A stretch of 64,000 nt of DNA from Octopus sinensis (taxonomy: Eukaryota), in assembly GCF_006345805.1 (NCBI RefSeq), contig NC_043020.1, forward strand, positions 7,068,001 through 7,132,000, read 5' to 3'. The notes under the pieces are model-generated. The model did not search any database. It had not been told where the DNA came from and saw only the letters and a list, made by a program, of their open reading frames with translations. The position numbers were made by a program, and so were the translations under genes. Shown here piece by piece: positions 1 to 10,454 of the stretch; position 1 is the first letter of the stretch; every line of letters starts with the position of its first letter.

Positions 1-31
1 GTGATGGTGGGGGACAAACACAGACACAAAG

Positions 32-67
<36 letters not shown>

Positions 68-232
68 GACAGGCTTCTCTCAGTTCCCATCTACCAAATA
101 CACTCACAAGGTTTTGGTCAGCCCAAAGCTATAGCAGAAGACTCGCCCAAAGAGCCATACAGTGGGACTGAACCTGGACCCATGTGGTTGGTAAGCAAGC
201 TTCTTACAACACAGCCATGCCAGCGCCTATAT
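1..232 (-). mobile_element. SINE family A (tRNA-derived head), 5' half, cut by the window edge
   Basis: Reverse complement of the head GGCGC..GGCTGTGTTGTAAG..GGTTCAGTCCCACTG..GGGCGAGTCTTC, matching the full copies at 22063 and 36762. Confidence 0.8.
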
Positions 233-244
233 ATATATATTTAT

Positions 245-500
245 ATCATCATCATCATCGTTTAACGTCCGTTTTCCGCGCTAGCACGGGTTGGACGGTT
301 CGACCGGGGTCTGGGAAGCCAGGGGCTGCACCAGGCTCCAGTCTGATCTGGCAGAGTTTCTACAGCTGGATGCCCTTCCTAACGCCAACCACTCCGCGAG
401 TGTAGTGGGTGCTTTTTACGTGCCACCTGCACAGGTGTCAGGGGGGTGCGGCATCAACCACCATCGGTTGGAGCTTTTAACATGCCACCGGCATGGAAGC
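245..500 (-). mobile_element. SINE family C (RTE-like (GAT)n tail)
   Basis: catcatcatcgtttaacgtccg..ccatgctagcatgggttgg..gatgcccttcctaacgccaaccactcc motif shared with more than 10 copies. Confidence 0.8.
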
Positions 501-760
501 CAGGAATAAATGTAAGTCAATATGATAAAATTCAAAGATGTTTTTTTTGCTCAATATTTAGCAAAACCATAGACATTTAAGTTATATGTTTTTTTTTATT
601 AATATTTAGAAGAAGCAACAAAGTGAGTCAAGGGCCAAGCGCTCCATACTTAAGCACTTAGACTAATTTGATAAGTGCTAGCATAAAAAAAAACAAACTC
701 TCAGCCCTTGAGTCACTCTGTCGCTTCTTCTAGATATTAAGATATATCTATATTCGTTTA

Positions 761-916
761 TTTGTTTCAGTCATTTGACTGCAGCCATGCAGGGGCACCA
801 CCTTTAGTCAAACAGACCGACCTCCAGGACTTATTCATTGTAAACCTAGTACTTATTCTATCGGTCTCTTTTGCCAAACTACTAAGTTATGGGGACAAAC
901 ACAGACATACAAACAT

Positions 917-957
<41 letters not shown>

Positions 958-983
958 CAACAGCTTCTTTCAGTTTCTGTCTA
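761..983 (-). mobile_element. SINE family A, 3' half
   Basis: tgtttcagtcatttgactg..cctttagtc..tacttattctatcggtctcttttgcc with the internal (CA)/(TA) tract. Confidence 0.75.
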
Positions 984-1019
984 ACGAAGACAGGTGGTGT
1001 ATACAAACAACAGATGTAT

Positions 1020-1148
1020 TTGTATAACACTCAGGAATAGAAAAAGTCTTTTATGTTTCAAGCTTATGCTCTTCTACAGAAAGGGACACAGAAAAAACAA
1101 GGAGAGAAAAAAATGTGTGTAGTGGCTAACGATCTATCATGGCGTCTG
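1020..1148 (-). mobile_element. Penelope-type terminal repeat fragment, hammerhead family 2
   Basis: Homologous to 13160-13330 and 34735-34945; minus strand reads TTT CTGTAGA AGAGC ATAA GCTT GAAAC ATA AAAGA (1047-1084). Confidence 0.55.
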
Positions 1149-1149
1149 A

Positions 1150-1347
1150 CTTATCTACATTTGACGGATATTTGTCCTCATTTTGTTTGTTGTTAACACA
1201 TTTCACCTTATAAACCCTCCAACCTTCATCAGATGTCTTGGGGAAATTTTGAACCTGGGTTCTCATTCCTAAGGTATTTTTCAATATTATTATCATTATT
1301 ATTATTATTATTATTCAGGTCACGTCCTGGAATTGAACTCAAAATCT
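1150..1347 (-). mobile_element. Penelope-type terminal repeat (family 1) joined to a tRNA-like B-box remnant
   Basis: Matches 50925-51185: GAGTTCAATTCCAGGACGTGAC-(AAT)n-..AATACCTTAGGAATGAGAACCC..CTGATGAAGG..GACAAATATCCGTCAAATG. Confidence 0.65.
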
Positions 1348-1490
1348 CCCCAAGACACTTGATGAAGGCTGGCAGGTATATCAGCTGAAACATTGTGTTA
1401 ACAACAAACAGGATGAGGACAAATATCCGTCAAATGTAAATAATATAAATAATGTACATAATTCCTCATCTCTTAAATATAGAAATGTAT
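1348..1490 (+). mobile_element. Inverted Penelope-type terminal repeat fragment (family 1)
   Basis: ccccaagacac ttgatga aggctg..cagct gaaac att gtgtt..gatgaggacaaatatccgtcaaatg, in opposite orientation to the adjacent copy. Confidence 0.65.
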
Positions 1491-1506
1491 TATATATATA
1501 TATATT

Positions 1507-1667
1507 TTTTATTGTGTCTGGGGAGAGTCATTCTCCTTTAGTGCATTATTACTTAACACTTCCTGGTTCCAATGACTAAAAAGTTTAGTAAATGAGTGAA
1601 AATCAAACCAGTGAGTGTGTTAAATAATAAGGCATTAAAAGAGAATGACTCTCCCCAAACAATAAAA
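1507..1667. mobile_element. Palindromic MITE-like element
   Basis: Imperfect inverted arms of about 60 bp with a perfect 16-bp core GGGGAGAGTCATTCTC (1520-1535) / GAGAATGACTCTCCCC (1641-1656). Confidence 0.7.
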
Positions 1668-1774
1668 TATGCTTCAACACCCAAATTCCCAAAAAGAATC
1701 TTGCAAACCAAACAGAAAACCAATATATATATATAGATATATATATATATATCTATATAATATATATATATATA

Positions 1775-2022
1775 TCATCATCATCATCGTTTAGCGTCCG
1801 CTTTCCATGCTAGCATGGGTTAGATGGTTCAACTGGGGTCTGGGAAGCCAGAAGGCTGCACCAGGCCCAGTCTGATCTGGCAATGTTTCTACGGCTGGAT
1901 GCCCTTCCTAACGCCAACCACTCCGTGAGTGTAGTGGGTGCTTTTACATGCCACCGGCACAGGTGCCAGATGAGGCTGGCAGACGGCCACGATCGGATGG
2001 TGCTTTTTACGTGCCACCAGCG
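1775..2022 (-). mobile_element. SINE family C
   Basis: (CAT)n tail, ccatgctagcatggg stem and gatgcccttcctaacgcc motif. Confidence 0.8.
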
Positions 2023-2030
2023 CGCACACA

Positions 2031-2075
<45 letters not shown>

Positions 2076-2204
2076 ACACACATATATATATATTTCATTT
2101 TATAAAGGGCTTAGTAAAATAAATTACTTTGCCACATACTGAACTCATTAGAAATATATATTAAATATATATATATATATATATATGTGTGTGTATTTAT
2201 ATAA

Positions 2205-2239
<35 letters not shown>

Positions 2240-2309
2240 GCTGACTGATATTCAGCTGGTATTCTATTTGCTCCAACACATCTAACCTCAAGAAGGACAA
2301 AAGTTTCAA

Positions 2310-2846
2310 CCCTTTAGCAGTCGATTCGCTCTGTTGAAAAAGTTCTGCTTGTTTATTCCCCCCATCGTTTTGTATTAGTCGTGCATTACCTCATAACTTT
2401 CAGATTTCTATGACGTGGTGGTTTATTTTTAGAATGACATTGCAGGGTAGGTGTGAGAGACTGGATCTGGTCAGTTTGAACATGAATAAAATAGGTAGAA
2501 TATTTGGGTCGGATATCACGTGATCACGTGACCGACCAGACCATCAGATGTTGTTACACATCGCTGGTCACAATGCGTTCGCATTGTTTTAGCCTTCAAA
2601 TGACGCCACCCCGCTGGCTAAGCGAGCAGGCCAACAGGAGAAAGAGTGGTGAAAGAGTACAGCAGGGATCACCACCCCCTGCCGGAGCATCGTGGAGCTT
2701 TAAGGTGTTTTCGCTCAATAAACACTCACAACGCCCGGTCTGGGAATCGAAACCGCGATCCTACGACCGCGAGTCCGCTGCCCTAACCACTGGGCCATTG
2801 CGCCTCCACATTTGGGTCGGATATGGCCAGTTTAAATGCTAAAGGG
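2310..2846. mobile_element. TTAA-flanked (piggyBac-like) MITE interrupted by a SINE
   Basis: Termini CCCTTTAGC..GCTAAAGGG with TCAA/TTAA flanks; same family as 15659-15877 and 50705-51876. Confidence 0.65.
2517..2809 (-). mobile_element. SINE family D, head H1 + tail T1, with a perfect 15-bp TSD
   Basis: Head GTGGAGGCGCAATGGCCCAGTGGTTAGGGC..GGTTTCGATTCCC (A and B boxes); TSD ATTTGGGTCGGATAT at 2502-2516 and 2810-2824. Confidence 0.9.
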
Positions 2847-3819
2847 TTAAAGGTGACTCAAACAGGATTTGAACTCAGAACATAAAAAAAGGGCATAGAG
2901 CTAAACAATAGCGAGGCATTCCAGCCACTGTTCTACCGACTCTGCCACTCAGCATTAACAACAACAAGATACAGTAATAAGTGGCAGTCATTCAAGCTAA
3001 TTCTTCGAAGTACCCAGGGGTGGAAGTGTCTCACTTGTTGAACCCACAGCTTGTAATTTTTCCACCCAGTTCAACTTTGTCTCTCTGCCAATGTAACCGG
3101 GGAGGGGGGGGCACGCCCACCCCATCTTCAAATCCACCACTACCAACAACCAGCCACCTCTGCATCCCCCTCCATCCCACCCCAGACTATCAACCCCAAA
3201 CAAGAATCTACACCCACTCATTTCAACTCTCAGCACCAGTTCATCACCACCACCACCACTACCACCGCCACTACTGTCAGCAGCAGCAACACCACCACCA
3301 CCACATTAACCGTACCTCCAGTCTGCCTGTGCACCCTGATTCTCTGAATCTATACCCAAAAACTCTTGCTGGGTGCCAATGTACTCCCCCATCATCATCA
3401 TCACCACCACCACTACCACCTATACCACAACTACCACCAACAGGAGCTTACTTACAACCAGTCAATCCCTTCTTTCTCTCTCTCTCTCTGAGTACCCCAC
3501 CCCCGTCTACCTCTCCTGCTCCTATCCTACTCACCCCCACCTAGAATCTACCCTTACTTTTTCTCTGGGTGCCAACCTATTATTCTGTCACCACCACCAC
3601 CACCCACCACCACTCATACCAAATTACAGACTCTAAACTGGAATTTACACTCAACCAACCCTCCTGTCTGTCTCTCACCCACCAATCCCCATTACCAATG
3701 TACCCCCACTATATATAACACTTACCCTCACTCAACCTGGAACCCATACCAAACCACCCAACTATCTCTCTCTTCCTCACTCCCACCCCGGCACCACCAC
3801 ATTATTACCAATTGGATAT

Positions 3820-4498
3820 TTTCAGTTGCTGTCACAGATTTCATATTTTTTCAATTTTTTCTGTTCCAATTGTTTTCAAACTTGGTCATAACGATTTCGT
3901 TTTGTACGCTAATTACAAAAATGAAATTCATTATTGCTATAAATTAATAGATATAAAAAAAAATTTAATAACTTCTAAAGTTTGCCAATCAAAAGCCGCC
4001 TTTTTTTGCAAATTTTAGGTAATTTTTAGCCAATCAAAAACCACCTTTTTGCAAATTTTCGGTAATTTTTAGCCAATCAAAAGCCACCGTTTTTTGCAAA
4101 TTTTCGGTAATTTTTAGCCAATCAAAAGCCACCTTTTTTGCAAATTTTCGGTAATTTTTAGCCAATCAAAAACCACCTTTTTGCAAATTTTCGGTAATTT
4201 TTAGCCAATCAAAAGCCACCTTTTTTTGCAAATTTTCGGTAATTTTTAGCCAATCAAAAACCACCTTTTTTTGTAAATTTTGGATAATTTTAGCCAATCG
4301 AAAATCACCTTTATGCACAAGACCTTAAATCTCGCATTAGTGTCAAACTTTGAGCCTCTCAGCAACACTTTCCTAAATTTTCCTGGCAACAGATGAATCC
4401 TAAATTCAGGGATTAAGCATGAAAAATTACACCAATACACCAAATTTGAGAATTTTTACTTCATTTTAAAATTTCCAAATCTGTAACAGCAACAGAAA
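3820..4498. mobile_element. TIR element (MITE) with an internal 43-45-bp tandem array
   Basis: 22-bp TIRs TTTCAGTTGCTGTCACAGATTT (3820-3841) / AAATCTGTAACAGCAACAGAAA (4477-4498), 2 mismatches. Confidence 0.65.
3983..4312 (+). repeat. Minisatellite, 8 units of 43-45 bp, each with a CCAAT motif
   Basis: Unit AATTTTTAGCCAATCAAAA(G/A)CCACCTTTTTGCAAATTTTCGGT. Confidence 0.9.
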
Positions 4499-5614
4499 GG
4501 ACCATATCAACATGCCCCTGATATTACACCTACCCCAAACCACCTGACTCTCTCTCTCTATCTCTCTACCTTAAGCCTTTAAACCAGCTGTATCCATATT
4601 CTGTCTGTTTTATGCCCAAACTGGCCAGATCCTGTTTCTCACGCCTACCCAACAATGTCACTCTGAAAATTAAGTTCCATCATCAAAATCTCAAAGCTAT
4701 GAGATAATCTAGGCCTGGCCAACTTGAATCACATTGTGGGCCACTTCAATCACAGGAAGGTTTTTGAGGGCCATTTGTATACTGACAGAATTGAAAGCAT
4801 TTTGCTTTCTCGTGTTAATATTATTCCAATAATGAATGAAAGATCATTGATTCAACACCGGGAATTCCTCGTTCACGGGGTTAGTTCCAGGCCCAGATCC
4901 CTATCACGGGAGGTGGTTCAGAGGTTTCGTTGCAAAAACAGTAGTAGCTTTTATTTACTTTTCATTACAATCTTTGATTTCTGATAAAATTTTTTAAATG
5001 TTAGTTTAAATTAGTGGTTCCCAAAGTGGGCAGTACTGCTCCCCTGTGGGCAGCAGAAAGATCAAATGGAGCGCTGAAGAAAAGTGGAGTAATAATAGGG
5101 TGGCCAAAAAACCACAACTGTCAAACACATTTACCCTATGTACAACAGTATTCAATCTAAATATAGGCAGGACTAAACACTAACTTCAAAATTAAACAAA
5201 ATGTACAAATCTATCTACATCTGTATCAGTATCAATAGTAAACCTACAATAACTAAATTATATACTAAATAGTAACCAATCTTAAAGTTGATAGAAATAA
5301 TAATCCCACCAGTCTTCCATAGTTACTTCTATAATAATAGAAAGTGAAAGCTTTATTTTAATTCTCTCAGAAACAAAACACGATTGAATTTAATTTAATG
5401 AATAATGAAATAATTATGATTGAAATACATTATTTCCTAATTCAAAAGTTAATAATAAAAACACTCCATACTCTTAAAATATAATTACCCTTACAAGCTA
5501 TAATGTAAACTTGCCAGCAACTAATATACATACATACATACATACATACACACACAATGGACTTCTTTCAGTTTCTGTCTACCAAATTCACACACAAAGC
5601 TTTGTTGGGATGGG

Positions 5615-6160
5615 TGTTATATGAGGATGCTTAGAACGGCACTCAAGGTTTCCTGGAAGAGTCAGACAACAAACAACCGACTTATGCCAGGGACTACCAA
5701 AAGTAACATTGAAGATACAGCACAGAAGAATGAGGCTAGCTGGATGCTGCATCAGATGCACCGATGAAATTGCTAACAAGCTTAGGGCTCTGGCAACCAA
5801 CAGAAAAGGAAGAACCAGGAGAGGAAGGAGGAAGACGACCTATATCTATTTCTTTACTACCCACAAGGGGCTAAACACAGAGAGGACAAACAAGGACAGA
5901 CAAACGGATTAAGTCGATTATATCGACCCCAGTGCATAACTGGTGCTTAATTTATCGACCCCGAAAGGATGAAAGGCAAAGTCGACCTTGAACTCAGAAC
6001 GTAGCAGCAGGCGAAATACGGCTACGCATTTCGCCCGGCGTGCTAACGATTCTGCCAGCTCGCCACCTTAGACGACCTATATTGACAATTTGCTGGAGGA
6101 TACTGATATGAAAGGGGCACAGGAGCTGAGGACCATTATGGAAGAGTGAGGTGAATGGGG
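5615..6160 (+). mobile_element. Degenerate RTE-clade LINE ORF C-terminal fragment, split by a SINE
   Basis: Translates RMLRTALKVSWK..LPKVTLKIQHRRMRLAGCC..GRTRRGRRKTTYI | DNLLEDTDMKGAQELRTIMEE, resembling the RTE C-terminal RRLRFAGHC..RGRP..TYID..L..D pattern. Confidence 0.7.
5846..6069 (-). mobile_element. SINE family B with a 13-bp TSD
   Basis: GGTGGCGAGCTGGCAGAATCGTTAGC..GGTCGACTTTGCCTTTCATCCTTTCGGGGTCGATAAATTAAG; TSD AGACGACCTATAT at 5833-5845 and 6070-6082. Confidence 0.9.
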
Positions 6161-6240
6161 AAAAACTTGTGGAAACTGTCTTGGGGCGTCCTGAGGCCTA
6201 GAAAGATAGATATAGTAGAAGACACACCAAGATTCCACAC

Positions 6241-6459
6241 CAATGGTTTTCAACCAGGGTTCTGTGGAACCTTAGGGTTCTGCCAGTACAGTCCAGGGGT
6301 TCCGCAAGAAGTTACAAAACTGCTAAAATCGGCAGTAATTTTTAATTCTCCTGTGCAGATATGTGTGCATAAGACTATTAAATTATTGCACAGGGGTTCC
6401 TCGAGCCAGTGGAATGTTTCCTTGGGGTTCCGCTCCAGCAAAAAGGTTGAAAAGCACTG
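6241..6459. mobile_element. hAT-type MITE inserted into a SINE A remnant
   Basis: TIRs CAATGGTTTTCAAC / GTTGAAAAGCACTG; degenerate 8-bp TSD TTCCACAC / CGCCACAC; near-identical copy at 63608. Confidence 0.8.
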
Positions 6460-7624
6460 CGCCACACAGTAGGACTGAACCCAGAGCCATGTGGTTGGGA
6501 AGCCTTACATTTGACAGAGTAATCTAAATTGCTAAAGGGTTGAAACTTCACACTAAATCCTCTCCAGTAGATAATCCAAACTTAATACTTCTAAATCCAA
6601 AACATCACCACCCCTACCACCGACACTAACCCCATGGTCACCCTCCCCCCCCCTGCTGCCGCCATTCACACACTCTCCACCATTCCATGACAGACTCAAC
6701 CCAATTTCTTGTCCTTCTACACCAAAAGTCTTCAGGAATTCTAAGAATATAAGAGACAGTGTGTGTGTGTGTGTGTGTGTGATGTGGGGGAAGGTATCCC
6801 TAAAACAAAAACAAAAAAAAGGTGGGGGAGGAGGAGTCTTTGACACCTCAGGACTGAAATAAGGAAGGGAACCTAAAAAGAAGACCCTATTTTAGGGAGA
6901 AGAAGACTTCCATTGTGCTTAGATAATAAGCAAAAGAAAACACTTGTTCTCTCTCTCTCTCTCACCCCTTTCCCTCTCTCTCTCTCACCCCTCCCCTCTC
7001 TCTTTCACCCCACTCTCTGTTATGGTGATGGTTGAGGTTGTAATAATGGTAATGATAATGCTGTTGGTGATAGTGGTGATGATTACTATAATGGTGATGG
7101 TGATGGAGGAGTGAGGATGGTGGTGGTGGTGGTAGTGATGATGGTTGATGGTGGTGGAGGTAGTGAGGATGGTGATGGTAATACCGGAGAGGGAGTGAAG
7201 ATGGTGATGGCGCCAGAAATGAATCCAGCATGGATGGTGGTAGTAGCAGTGATGGATGTCTGCGGTGACAAATATAGCATCCAACCAGACATCTACTTGA
7301 GAGGTCAGAGGTCAACAGTCACTAGTCCCCAGAATGATTCAATGCCATACTCTGATGATGATGCCCACCGATGGTATTGTTAGCAGTGATTACAGTGATG
7401 GTCTGAGACAGAGGTGATGGCTAAAGTTATAGCTAATTGCAAGGATCTTTTTGCGACCCAGTTTTTATGGATGGTGAATGGTATGGCTGTAGCCTGTCTG
7501 ATGATGATGGTGGTGGTGGTGGTGGTGGTAATCGCCATGATATGCAATAATAAACCATATACCACATGCTAAATGCATTCTCTGCACTAAATGGAACATT
7601 CCAGAAATGCCACCTCATTATTGA

Positions 7625-8256
7625 GGCGACAAGCTGGCTGAATCGTTAGCACGCTGGGCAAAATGCTTAGCGTCACTTCATCCGTCCTTACGTTCTGAGT
7701 TCAAATTTCACCCAGCTCAACTTTACCTTTCATCCTCAAAGGGTCGATAAAATAAGTACCAGTCAAGCATGGTGGTCATTGTAATTGACTAATGCCCTCG
7801 CACCAAATTTCAGGCCTTGTGCCTATAATAGAAAGGACTATTATTACCTCTGCCTTAGCAAAGGTGGAGGTATTGTTTTCAGTCGCATTTGTTTGTCCAT
7901 GTACAAGATATCTCAAGAACTGCTGGATGGATTCGGATGAAACTTTCAGTGAAGTTTGGCCTCATGACTGGCACGAGCTGATTAGATTTTGGGATCAATC
8001 CAGTACCAGACAAGGATTATTTTTGATTATTTTGGATTATTTTTCCTGTTTTTTTTTACTTAATTTTTGAGAGTGGTTGGGTTCATTTTTAGTATTCTCG
8101 TTAATGAGAGCAGTCAAGTTTATTTCAGATATTCCTATTTTAAAAATCATCTCCGGTTAATCGTTGAAAGGGCTTTGGTGCTGCCTTGGCAGAGGTTTGC
8201 ACTCTCTGAGTGTATGTATATATTTATGTATAAATATATATGTATGTATATGTATG

Positions 8257-8290
<34 letters not shown>

Positions 8291-8320
8291 TGTATGTGTA
8301 TGCATGTAAATATATATGTG

Positions 8321-8357
<37 letters not shown>

Positions 8358-8361
8358 ATGT

Positions 8362-8395
<34 letters not shown>

Positions 8396-8398
8396 ATG

Positions 8399-8437
<39 letters not shown>

Positions 8438-8460
8438 ATGTATATATATGCGTATGTATG

Positions 8461-8506
<46 letters not shown>

Positions 8507-9455
8507 TATGTATGTATATATATGTTATTATTATTATTATTATTTCAAATTCCTCCAAAGTTAACTTTGCCTTTCCTTCTTTCAGTGTCAATGAAATAAG
8601 GACCAGTTTAGCATTGGGGTCAATAGTCAACGAACTCCCTTCCCCAAAAATTTCAGGCTTCGTGCCTATAACAGAAAGTATTATTATTTAGCAGAAATGT
8701 TAGTACGCAGGAAAAAATGCTTGGTGGCATTTCATCTGTCTCCATGATCTGAGTTCAAATCCTGCTGATGTCGACTTTGCCTTTCAGGGTTCATAGAATA
8801 GGTACCAGTTGAACACTGGGGTCCATATAATCAACTTGTCTCCTCCTTCAAACTTCAGGCTAGAGCCTATAGTAGAAAAGATTATTATTATTATTATTAT
8901 TAAGGTGGTGAGCAAGTAGAATTGCTAACACACCAGGCGGAATGCTTAGTGGTATTTCGTCCATCCTCAGGTTCCGAGTTCAAACTTCACTGCGGTCAGC
9001 TTCACCTTTCATCTTTTTGGGGCTGATAAAATAAGTACCAGTTGAGTACTGGGGTCGATTTAATCGTCATAGACCCTCCCGCAAAACTGCTAGGCTTTTG
9101 CCAAAATTTGAATCCATTATTATTATTATGTAATCGATTATCCTCATCCTTCAAAATTCCAAGCCTTGTGCCTTTACTAGAAAGGATTATTATTATTATC
9201 ATTAATATTATTATTATTATTATTATTATTATTAAGGTGGTGAGCTGGCAGCATCATTAGCACACCAGGCAAAATGCTTAGTGGTATTTCGCCAATCGCT
9301 ACTTTCTGAGTTCAAATTCCACCAAGGTCAACTTTGCTGTTCATCCTTCCGGGATCAAAAGTGTAAGTACCAGTGGCATACTGGGGGTTGATCTAATCAA
9401 CTGGCCCCCCCCTCCCCAAAGACTTTCAGGCCTCACGCATATAGGAGAACGGATT
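7625..9455 (+). mobile_element. Head-to-tail cluster of about 5 SINE family B copies separated by (ATT)n
   Basis: Copies near 7625-7840, 8560-8690, 8690-8885, 8900-9190 and 9232-9455, each ending ..GCCTATAGTAGAAAGGATTATTATT. Confidence 0.75.
7842..8208 (+). mobile_element. Helentron/HINE-like non-autonomous element
   Basis: TTATTACCTCTGCC..GGAGGTATTGTTTTCAGTCGC..CCTTGGCAGAGGTTTGCACTCTCTGAGTG: asymmetric subterminal inverted repeats; second copy at 55013. Confidence 0.6.
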
Positions 9456-9589
9456 ATTATTATTATTATTATCATTATTATCATTATTATTATTATCATT
9501 ATTATTATCATTATTATTATCATTATTATTATTATTATCATTATTATCATTATTATCATTATCATTATTATCATCATTATTATTATTTT

Positions 9590-9835
9590 TTTTTCTTCTT
9601 TCAAATTTGCTTCCATTTCTTGCCGAGTGTCTTCCCGACTCCTAGGGCAAAGAAACTCATAGTATACATTGGTAGGCCATTAAACCAAACTCAATAGTTC
9701 GTTAATTTTTTTTTTTTAATTTTTTTTTTTTTTTTAAAGTTAAATTAAAATACATGAGCAGCAACAGTTCTCACATCGACAATGCTCTTCTCAAGACGTG
9801 TGATGTACCAGTTAAGACAATCTTTTGCACTTCAT
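9590..9835 (-). mobile_element. 3' end of an RLE-type (R4/Dong-like) LINE within a (TAA)n tract
   Basis: Translates EVQKIVLTGTSHVLRRALSM*, like the lQK.vllGT.rilR..L terminus of R4/Dong ORFs; short 3' UTR, A/TAA tail, and TAA repeats on both sides. Confidence 0.65.
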
Positions 9836-9848
9836 CATTATTATCATT

Positions 9849-9890
<42 letters not shown>

Positions 9891-10454
9891 TCCTATGATG
9901 TAAATAGAATGCTTAGAGGAGAAAGGGAAAAAAACCTCAAGCAGCTGACTCACAGTTCGTCTCCTAAACAAAATGGTTTTTCAGCTGGTATAAAAGTGGA
10001 ACTGTTACGTTCCTACTCTCCTCACGTCGCCATCACTACCATTTACCATTAGCATCACCACCACAGCCTCGGAGATGGAACAGGAGGAGGAGGAGGAGTA
10101 GAGAGAGGAAATAAAGATGGGGGGAGGAGCGGAGGGTGAAATGTGTATTGGGTTACATACAGAGATTACACGATTCTATTGATAATTATTGCAGTATCTT
10201 GATACAGCACACAGAAAAATGATGATGATGATAGAGAATAGGAGCTATATGCTGGAAGATGGAGAAGATGGGATGGTGGAAGTTCAGTGGGCCTGTGAGG
10301 GGGTGTGGCCCTTTCCGTATATCCCCCTTCCCCCCACCCTAGTTCGTCCATTTCCTCCCTCCTCCCTCTGCCAACATTGCCATGCACTGAAGAACTAAAG
10401 TACAGACATGGAGCCAAGTGATTCCAGAAATGTTTACTCAAGGCAAGCTACTAA

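Noticed and set aside
2640-2809. tRNA-like cloverleafs at SINE heads (families A, B and D) as functional tRNA genes
   Set aside because: They continue into SINE bodies, have TSDs, and lack proper acceptor stems.
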